A DNA stretch of 64,000 bases from an uncultured Rhodospirillaceae bacterium (GTDB lineage Bacteria > Pseudomonadota > Alphaproteobacteria > Rhodospirillales > Defluviicoccaceae), in assembly GCA_964460955.1 (NCBI GenBank), contig CAYWRP010000002.1, positions 12,654 through 76,653 of the forward strand. Direction: 5' to 3'. Made by a program: the position numbers and the translations under genes. Shown in pieces: positions 57,278 to 64,000 of the stretch. The notes beneath the pieces are model-generated. The model searched no databases. It was not told the origin of the DNA and worked only from the letters and a program-made list of their open reading frames with translations. How positions within the stretch are numbered: position 1 is the first letter of the stretch; every line of letters starts with the position of its first letter.

Positions 57278-58177
57278 ATGATCGCAAAAACCTCATGGTC
57301 TGTTTTGAGAGCGTATTTCAGGCCTGCACGCGCGGATTTCGAGCCGTTTTACGATGCCGCCGCGGGACTCGTTAACAAGTTTTGCATCATCTCTACCACA
57401 GTTCTGTTCGCTCTGATTTTTAATTCTGCCGCGTGCAATGCCGAGGCCGAACCGGCCACCGCCGCCGAGGCGACAGCAATCGTCGCCTCGATCATCGACG
57501 GCGATACGGTGGTTCTGAAGGAACCGATCAAGGGCGCGCGGGAAGTGCGGCTGGTCGGCATACAGGCGCCGAAGCTGCCACTCGACCGGCCCAATTTCCG
57601 CAAGTGGCCGCTTGCCGACCAGGCGCATGACAGGATCGCCGAGTTGAGCGCCGGACGTTCGTTCCAGCTGAAGTTCACCGGCAGGGATCGCGATCGGCAT
57701 GGGCGGTTGCTGGCACACATGTTCCGCGACGACGGTTTGTGGCTGCAAGGCGCCATGATGCAGGCGGGATTGGCGCGAGTCTACACCTTCGCCGATAACC
57801 CGGCCTTCGCGGATGCCCTGTTGGAACTGGAACGGGCGGCGCGGACCGACGAGCGGGGGATCTGGGGCCATCCTTATTATGTCATCCGTACGCCGACGGA
57901 GGTCCGCTATGACATCGGCACGTTCCAGATCGTCGAAGGCAGCGTTCTCAAGGCGGCGCGGGTCGGCCAATGGGTGTACCTGAATTTCGGGCCGAATTGG
58001 CGCACGGACTTCACCGTTTCCGTCAATGCCAACGACCTCGCGTCGTTCGAGGCGGCGGGCCTCGATCCGCCGCGGATGTCGGGCGCGCGGATTCGTGTCC
58101 GCGGCTGGGTCGAAGACCGCAACGGGCCGATGATCACCCTCGATCATCCGCAACCCCTGGAAGTGATAGATCCATAG
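57278..58177 (+). CDS. Thermonuclease (SNase)-fold protein with extra C-terminal domain
   Basis: IDGDT, VRLVGIQAP, DRHGRLLAH, GLARVY, RGIW, then about 95 aa starting GTFQIVEG...YLNFG...RVRGW; hydrophobic segment near the N-terminus; start uncertain. Confidence 0.85.
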   Translation: MIAKTSWSVLRAYFRPARADFEPFYDAAAGLVNKFCIISTTVLFALIFNSAACNAEAEPATAAEATAIVASIIDGDTVVLKEPIKGAREVRLVGIQAPKLPLDRPNFRKWPLADQAHDRIAELSAGRSFQLKFTGRDRDRHGRLLAHMFRDDGLWLQGAMMQAGLARVYTFADNPAFADALLELERAARTDERGIWGHPYYVIRTPTEVRYDIGTFQIVEGSVLKAARVGQWVYLNFGPNWRTDFTVSVNANDLASFEAAGLDPPRMSGARIRVRGWVEDRNGPMITLDHPQPLEVIDP

Positions 58178-58195
58178 GCTGTCGGCGGCCCCTTC

Positions 58196-58660
58196 CTACA
58201 GCGCGAGGAAAGCGGCGTCGGCGGGAACCGAGGCGAAGAACGTCACCGCGCCGGTGACTTCCGCCGCAACGTCGTCACGAAGATCCGCCGCTTCGATGTC
58301 GCTGGCGCGCAGCCCCATCTCGCAGACCAGGAAGCGGACGCCAAGCGCGGCGCATGCGCCCAACAGTTCCTCGAAGCCGGCGACACCGCGCCGACGATTT
58401 GTGGCGTCGGTCTCCACCGCCGGCGTGCCGTCTTCGCCGCACATCGCCGCCCAGCCCGGCCGACCGTCGTCGCCGCGGCGGGTCAGCGCGCGGCAGGCCT
58501 GCAGGGTGAAAAAGATCGTGCACGGCTTGCCAAGGGCGGCCTGGCTCGCGGCCAGAACAAGGGCGTAATGAACCCGTTCGAAGGCACCTGAGAGGGCGAC
58601 GATGGCCATCGCTTGCGGCCCGCCGAGCGTGCCGTCGTCGGCGCCGTCAATCTCCGTCAT
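58196..58660 (-). CDS. DsrE/DsrF-like family protein
   Basis: AIVALSGAFERVHYALVLAA...TIFFT...FEELL...GVRFLVCEMGL (conserved Cys); 14-nt overlap with the moeB end. Confidence 0.75.
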   Translation of the reverse strand: MTEIDGADDGTLGGPQAMAIVALSGAFERVHYALVLAASQAALGKPCTIFFTLQACRALTRRGDDGRPGWAAMCGEDGTPAVETDATNRRRGVAGFEELLGACAALGVRFLVCEMGLRASDIEAADLRDDVAAEVTGAVTFFASVPADAAFLAL

Positions 58661-59456
58661 GGCCGCCAAGGTCGACGATGCTGGGGGCGTCGCCGCACAG
58701 CGGGCAGCCGGGATCGGGCGGCACCCGGATGCGGCGGAACGTCCCCGACAAGGCGTCCGCCAGGAGGAGCCAACCGGCGAGACTGTCGCCAATGCCGAGG
58801 ATCTCCTTGATGACCTCCGTCGCTTGCAACGAGCCGACAACGCCGCAAAAGGCGCCCATGACGCCCGCCTCGGCGCAGGAAGGCGCGGCGTCGGCGCCCG
58901 GCGGATGACCATACAGGCATCGGTAACAGGGGGTGCGATTGCCATCACGGTCGTGTCGACGGAAGGTGGCGACTTGGCCGTCGAACCGCAGGATGGCGCC
59001 GGAGACGAGGGGGACATCGGCGAGGTAGCAGGCGTCGTTGACGAGAAAGCGGGTCTCGAAATTGTCCGACCCGTCGGCGACGATGCGATAGCCGGCGATA
59101 AGGTCGGGGGCGTTGCCGGCGTTCAACCGGTGGCGATGGCGGATCACCGTCGTTCCGGGGTTGATGCGGGCGATCGTCTCGGCGGCACTGTCCACCTTCG
59201 GCTGGCCGATGGCGCTGGTGCCGTGAATCACCTGGCGCTGCAGGTTCGTCAGGTCGACGGTATCGTCGTCGACAATGCCGAGGGTGCCGACGCCGGCGGC
59301 GGCGAGATAGAGCAGTAGCGGCGAGCCCAGGCCGCCGGCGCCGACGACGAGAACGCGGGCCTCGCGGAGCCGGGCCTGGCCGATGCCGCCGATCTCGGGC
59401 AGGATGATGTGGCGGGCATAACGGCGCAGCTCGTCATCGGTGAACGTGGCGGCCAT
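58647..59456 (-). CDS. moeB: MoeB/ThiF/HesA E1-like adenylyltransferase
   Basis: RYARHIIL, GAGGLGS, NLQRQ, DGSDNF, CYRC and CPLC Zn pairs, SCAEAG; no rhodanese domain. Confidence 0.9.
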   Translation of the reverse strand: MAATFTDDELRRYARHIILPEIGGIGQARLREARVLVVGAGGLGSPLLLYLAAAGVGTLGIVDDDTVDLTNLQRQVIHGTSAIGQPKVDSAAETIARINPGTTVIRHRHRLNAGNAPDLIAGYRIVADGSDNFETRFLVNDACYLADVPLVSGAILRFDGQVATFRRHDRDGNRTPCYRCLYGHPPGADAAPSCAEAGVMGAFCGVVGSLQATEVIKEILGIGDSLAGWLLLADALSGTFRRIRVPPDPGCPLCGDAPSIVDLGGHDGD

Positions 59457-59488
59457 CTCCGGAAAAGAGGCGAACGAGCCGCCGGCTG

Positions 59489-60478
59489 TCAAGCCGTCCC
59501 GAGGCCATCGAAAAGCGGCGTCGACAGGTAGCGCTCGGCGAAAGACGGCAGGATCACGACAATCCGCTTATCGGCGAACCGCTCCCGCGTCCCAACCTCG
59601 ACCGCCGCAGCGAGGGCGGCGCCCGACGAGATGCCGACGGGCAGCCCCTCCAGTTTGGCGACCTTGCGCGCCATGGCGAATGCCGTCTCATTGCCGATCT
59701 TGATTACTTCGTCGATCAGATCGGTCTGCAGCACACCGGGGATGAAGCCGGCGCCGATCCCCTGGATCTTGTGCGGCCCGGGCACGCCGCCCGACAACAC
59801 GGGGCTGTCTTCCGGCTCCACGGCGATCATCTTCAGGTCCGGGTTGCGCTTCTTGAGGACCTCGCCGCAGCCGGTCAACGTGCCGCCCGTGCCGACGCCG
59901 CTGATCAAGGCGTCGATCCGACCTCCGGTGTCGCGCCAGATCTCCTCGGCGGTGGTGTGGCGATGCACTTCCGGGTTGGCGGAATTGCTGAACTGCTGCA
60001 GCATGTAGGCGTTGGGGACGCTGTTGACCAACTCCTGCGCCTTGGCAACCGCGCCCGGCATACCCTTGGCCGCGGGCGTGAGAACGATTTCCGCCCCCAA
60101 CAATGCCAACATCTTGCGCCGCTCGACGGCCATGCTTTCCGGCATGGTCAGCATCAGCCGATAACCGCGCGCCGCGCAGACGAAAGCCAGGGCGATGCCG
60201 GTATTGCCGGACGTCGGTTCGATCAGCGTCGCGTCCGGGGCCAACTGGCCGCTCGCTTCGGCGGCCTCGATCATCGCCAAGCCGATGCGGTCCTTCACCG
60301 AGCTCAGCGGATTGAAGAACTCGCACTTCCCCAGCAGTTCGGCGGGGCAGCTGGTCTCGTGGGCGAGTTTCCTCAAGCGCACCAGGGGAGTGTTGCCGAT
60401 CGTATTAAGGATCGACTCGTGGATGTGCTCTTCCGATGAGCTGTTTTCCGACGTCATCGGCAAATGTTGCGCGGTCAT
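59489..60478 (-). CDS. cysK: Cysteine synthase A (O-acetylserine sulfhydrylase)
   Basis: IGNTPLV, NPLSSVKDRI (PLP Lys), PTSGNTG, GVGTGGT, GPHKIQGIG, GISSGA. Confidence 0.96.
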   Translation of the reverse strand: MTAQHLPMTSENSSSEEHIHESILNTIGNTPLVRLRKLAHETSCPAELLGKCEFFNPLSSVKDRIGLAMIEAAEASGQLAPDATLIEPTSGNTGIALAFVCAARGYRLMLTMPESMAVERRKMLALLGAEIVLTPAAKGMPGAVAKAQELVNSVPNAYMLQQFSNSANPEVHRHTTAEEIWRDTGGRIDALISGVGTGGTLTGCGEVLKKRNPDLKMIAVEPEDSPVLSGGVPGPHKIQGIGAGFIPGVLQTDLIDEVIKIGNETAFAMARKVAKLEGLPVGISSGAALAAAVEVGTRERFADKRIVVILPSFAERYLSTPLFDGLGTA

Positions 60479-60566
60479 GGCGTTTCGTCCCAGTCCTTTT
60501 CGTTCCCTCGCTCGGCCCGGCATTCCGGGAAACGGTATCGATCCGGCTGGCGAGGCGCGAACGCGT

Positions 60567-61022
60567 TCAAATCGAGAAGTCCAGATTGCTCCGACCCTCG
60601 CTCCGGATGCCAGCCAAATGTGCCTTATCGCACAAATCATCCAGCGTTACGTTATCGAGTTGCGTCAATACATTATCTGTCAGCTGACGCCAGAGCGGCC
60701 GGACCACCTGGCGGGCCAGCACCGACCCGGTTTCTTCCTCAAGAACATCGTTCTCTGCGTCGCCGTTACGGACGATGCGGACGATCTGGCCGACCGTAAT
60801 GCGCCGACGCTCGCGCGCCAGTCGATAGCCGCCGCGCGGGCCGCGCACGCCGACCAGGACACCATGGCGCACGAGATCCTGAAGCGCTTGTTCGAGGTAG
60901 CGGCGCGGTATTCCCTGACGCCGGGTGATTTCTCGGCTTTGCACGGGCTCGGCGCCGGCGTGAAAGGCGATGTCCAGCACCGCTTCGATGGTGAACAAGG
61001 CTTTACGCGATAATCGTATCAT
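60567..61022 (-). CDS. Rrf2-family regulator, Cys-poor (CymR-like)
   Basis: YLEQ...GVRGPRGGYRLAR wHTH; only one Cys, so no IscR/NsrR three-Cys cluster; C-terminus SNLDFSI. Confidence 0.9.
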   Translation of the reverse strand: MIRLSRKALFTIEAVLDIAFHAGAEPVQSREITRRQGIPRRYLEQALQDLVRHGVLVGVRGPRGGYRLARERRRITVGQIVRIVRNGDAENDVLEEETGSVLARQVVRPLWRQLTDNVLTQLDNVTLDDLCDKAHLAGIRSEGRSNLDFSI

Positions 61023-61037
61023 CCTTGACGCACGTCC

Positions 61038-61508
61038 TTATTCCGACTCTTCGACGGTGAGGCCGGTCGAGCCGAACCCGTTGACGGATCGTTGCGTGCC
61101 GTCCAACGCCGCGACTTCGCGCCATTCGGCGGTGCAAACGGGCGCGAAGACGAGTTGGGCGATCCGCATGCCGCGTTCGACATCGAATACCCGGTCACCG
61201 AAATTGATCATCACCACGGAAATTTCGCCGCGGTAATCGGCGTCGATGGTTCCGGGCGCATTGAGGACGGTCAGTCCATGCTTGGCGGCAAGGCCAGACC
61301 GGGGCCGCACCTGGGCCTCGTAACCCTTCGGAATGGCGACGGCGATTCCCGTCGGGATCCACGCGCGCGCGCCGGGGCGGATCGAGACGGTCTCTCCGGT
61401 CGCGGCCAGCAGATCCATGCCGGCGCTCAGTTCCGTTGCGTATCGCGGCAGCGGCAGGTCCTGGGCATGGCCCAGCCGAACGATTTCGACGTTCAATGGG
61501 GCTGGCAT
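61038..61508 (-). CDS. dut: dUTP diphosphatase
   Basis: SAGMDL, RPRSG, NAPGTIDADYRGE, RIAQ, GFGSTG. Confidence 0.96.
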   Translation of the reverse strand: MPAPLNVEIVRLGHAQDLPLPRYATELSAGMDLLAATGETVSIRPGARAWIPTGIAVAIPKGYEAQVRPRSGLAAKHGLTVLNAPGTIDADYRGEISVVMINFGDRVFDVERGMRIAQLVFAPVCTAEWREVAALDGTQRSVNGFGSTGLTVEESE

Positions 61509-62713
61509 GGCGCTTCCAGATGGTCGGCGATTCGCTCCGCGAGCCGGTTGGCGACGTTTTCTTTGCTCATCGCCGGCCAGGCCTCGACGCCGGCGGCGGA
61601 GATCAGGTTGATCGTGTTGGCGTCACCGCCGAAGGTTCCGCTCGCCGCCGAGACGTCGTTGGCGAGAATCCAGTCGCATCCCTTGCTCAGCCGTTTTTGC
61701 GTTGCGTGGGCGACGAGATCGGAGGTCTCGGCGGCGAAACCGACGACGATCGTCGGCCGGCGATTTCCGGCGCGCGAGAGGGTGGCGAGGATGTCCGGGT
61801 TCTCGGCCAGTGTTAGGGCCGGTGGGGCGCCGCCTTCCTGTTTCTTCATCTTCTGTTCCGCCAGTTCGGCCGGCCGCCAGTCGCTCACCGCCGCCGCGCA
61901 GACGGCAATGTCCCGCGGCAGCGCGGCCTCGCAGGCCTCCAACATCTCGCGTGCCGTCTCGACATGGATGACGTGCACACCGACGGGGTCGGCAATCGCC
62001 ACCGGACCGGAAACCAGCGTTGTTTCGGCGCCGAGACGGGCCAGCGCGGCGGCGATGGCATGGCCCTGTCGACCGGACGATTGATTGGAAAGGAACCGCA
62101 CCGGGTCGATCGGCTCGCGGGTCGGCCCACTCGTCACCAGCGCGCGTCGGCCGGCGAGACGATCGCCGCAACGTAACAAGTCGGTAATCGCGGCCAGAAT
62201 CTGCGGAGGCTCGGCCATGCGGCCGAAGCCCCATTCGCCGCAGGCCATGTCACCCTCGTTGGGGCCGACGAAGTGGATGCCGCGTTCTTCCAGCGTCCGC
62301 AGATTGGCTTGCGTCGCCGCGTGTTCCCACATGCGCACGTTCATCGCCGGCGCCGCGAGGACGCGTTTGTCGGTGGCCAGCAGCGTCGTCGTCGCCAGAT
62401 CGTCGGCCATTCCCGCCGCCGTTCGGGCGAGCAGATCGGCCGTCGCCGGCGCGATGACGACCAAGTCGGCCTCTCGCGACAGCCGGATGTGCCCCATCTC
62501 GCTCTCGTCGGTGAGCGAGAACAGATCCTGGTAGACCTTGTTTTCGGTGAGCGCGGCGATGGCGAGCGGTGCGACGAACTGACTGCCGCCGGTTGTCAGG
62601 ATGCACCGGCATTGCCCCCCCGCCTCGCGAATCAGGCGGATCAGTTCGAGGCTCTTGTAGGCGGCGATGCCGCCTGAGATGATCAATAAGATGGTTCTAC
62701 CGGCAAGCTTCAT
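61493..62713 (-). CDS. coaBC: Phosphopantothenoylcysteine decarboxylase/synthase
   Basis: SGGIAAYK, HIRL, APAMNVRMW, TSGPTREPIDPVRFLSNQSSGRQG, AAVSDW, VGFAAET; start trimmed to ATG 62713. Confidence 0.96.
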   Translation of the reverse strand: MKLAGRTILLIISGGIAAYKSLELIRLIREAGGQCRCILTTGGSQFVAPLAIAALTENKVYQDLFSLTDESEMGHIRLSREADLVVIAPATADLLARTAAGMADDLATTTLLATDKRVLAAPAMNVRMWEHAATQANLRTLEERGIHFVGPNEGDMACGEWGFGRMAEPPQILAAITDLLRCGDRLAGRRALVTSGPTREPIDPVRFLSNQSSGRQGHAIAAALARLGAETTLVSGPVAIADPVGVHVIHVETAREMLEACEAALPRDIAVCAAAVSDWRPAELAEQKMKKQEGGAPPALTLAENPDILATLSRAGNRRPTIVVGFAAETSDLVAHATQKRLSKGCDWILANDVSAASGTFGGDANTINLISAAGVEAWPAMSKENVANRLAERIADHLEAPCQPH

Positions 62714-62867
62714 CGTCGCCACATGATTAACGGTGCCATACTGTAGAAGAAATGGGCACGCGCGGCGTTCAAGGCAAGCGCGCTTTTGCATGTGCGAAAA
62801 AGCGGCAGGCAGTCGATGCCGCCGACCGATTACCGGCCACGCCGCATCAGGGGGGCGCTTCTCGTGC

Positions 62868-63647
62868 TTAAGTTCGCCAGGCCGAGTGAATGGCGACGAT
62901 GCCGCCGGAGAGGTTGCGATACCGCACTTGCCCGAAGCCGGCCGCCTCGATCATTTCGGCGAAGCGCCGCTGCGGCGGGAACTGTCGAATGCTTTCGGCA
63001 AGATAGACATAGGCCTCGCGGTTGCGGGCGACGATGGAACCGAGCGCCGGGAGGACGGAGAAGGAATACCGGTCATAGAGGCTGTCGAGCAGGGGCAGGG
63101 CGACGGCGCTGAATTCGAGGCAGAGGAAACGCCCGCCGGGCTTGAGCACCCGCCGCGCCTCCGTCAACGCCCGGTCGACATGGGTGACATTGCGCATGCA
63201 AAACGCCGTGGTATAGGCATCGACGCTGCCACTCGCCACCGGGAGGCGTTCAGCATCGCCGCAGGCCCAGGCAATACCGATGCCGGCCGCCCGATCAACC
63301 AGCCGGTCCCGCCCGGTGAACAGCATCCTCTCGTTAATGTCCATGACGACGACGTCGGCGCGGCGTTCGCGTATTCGCTGCGCGATGTCCCCCGTTCCGC
63401 CGCCGACGTCGAGAACGGTTTGCCCCGGTCGGGGATTGAGCCAATCGATCATCGCCGCTTTCCAGAGGCGATGCGCGCCGAGGCTCATCAGATCGTTCAT
63501 CAGATCGTATCGGCTGGCGACGCCGTCGAACACGTCACGGACGAAACCGGATTTCTCGTTGGCCGATACCGTCTTGAACCCGAAATGGGTCGTCTCGGTG
63601 GCCGGTTCTGATTGCCTATTCCTATCGGATGAGGATGCCGTCGACAT
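62868..63647 (-). CDS. ubiE: UbiE/MenG C-methyltransferase
   Basis: THFGF, VFDGVASRYDLMNDLMS, LDVGGGTGD, RRVLKPGG, YLAESI; start uncertain (63647 or 63674). Confidence 0.94.
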   Translation of the reverse strand: MSTASSSDRNRQSEPATETTHFGFKTVSANEKSGFVRDVFDGVASRYDLMNDLMSLGAHRLWKAAMIDWLNPRPGQTVLDVGGGTGDIAQRIRERRADVVVMDINERMLFTGRDRLVDRAAGIGIAWACGDAERLPVASGSVDAYTTAFCMRNVTHVDRALTEARRVLKPGGRFLCLEFSAVALPLLDSLYDRYSFSVLPALGSIVARNREAYVYLAESIRQFPPQRRFAEMIEAAGFGQVRYRNLSGGIVAIHSAWRT

Positions 63648-63693
63648 GGGGCGGAAGATATCGCAACGCCCCATTTCGTGCTAGCTGATTGTC

Positions 63694-64000
63694 ATGCCGG
63701 AGTTGCCGGAAGTCGAAACCACACGTCGCGGCCTCGTTGCCGCCCTCGTCGGCTCGGTGGTCGAGGCGGTCGTCTGCCGCCGGCCGGATCTGCGCTTCCC
63801 GCTTCCGGTGCGGTTCGCCGAGCGGGTGGCGGGGCGGCGCTGCGAGGGGATCGAACGGCTCGGCAAGTTTCTGCTGATCCGCCTCGAGGGCGGATTGGTC
63901 TGGATCGCGCACCTCGGCATGTCCGGGCGATTCCGCATTCTCGACGCCTGGCCGCCGGCCAAGGATCCGCACGATCACGTTCTCATCCGAGCCGGCAACG
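63694..64000 (+). CDS. mutM: Formamidopyrimidine-DNA glycosylase, N-terminal part; runs off the right edge
   Basis: Manual translation [14 protein letters not shown]...RLGKFLL...HLGMSG; not in the ORF track because there is no stop in the window. Confidence 0.95.
   Translation, partial: MPELPEVETTRRGLVAALVGSVVEAVVCRRPDLRFPLPVRFAERVAGRRCEGIERLGKFLLIRLEGGLVWIAHLGMSGRFRILDAWPPAKDPHDHVLIRAGN

Noticed and set aside
1-64000. CRISPR arrays, IS elements, prophage genes, rRNA
   Set aside because: No regularly spaced repeats, transposase, integrase or phage motifs, or rRNA-like sequence were seen on reading the window.

Overview
High-GC alphaproteobacterial chromosome segment. Gene order (xseB-ispA-dxs-tlyA, fabI-aroC, ubiK/lgt-midA-pgeF-prs-rplY-pth-ychF, mutM/ubiE-coaBC-dut) suggests a Rhodospirillales-like organism; that assignment is inference. 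It holds about 67 protein genes, mostly housekeeping, and one tRNA-Ser(GCT). I saw no rRNA, CRISPR array, transposase or integrase. Most long ORFs in the six-frame track are antisense shadows of real genes. Most notable: (1) a 3.3-kb integrase-less islet carrying a three-gene ABC exporter, bounded by a 14-bp duplication of the tRNA-Ser 3' end; (2) an rrf2-cysK-moeB-dsrE-like run whose Cys-poor Rrf2 ends in a CysK-docking-like tail (DFSI), suggesting a CymR-CysK-style switch coupled to a sulfur relay; (3) a thermonuclease-fold protein with two catalytic acidic residues replaced plus an extra C-terminal domain; (4) a stand-alone ParB-N-domain gene behind a perfect 16-bp palindrome; (5) a USP plus CtpF-like P-type ATPase pair; (6) a frameshifted methyltransferase and a candidate 22-aa membrane peptide. 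All calls come from reading motifs by eye; no database searches were run, and several start codons are judgement calls.
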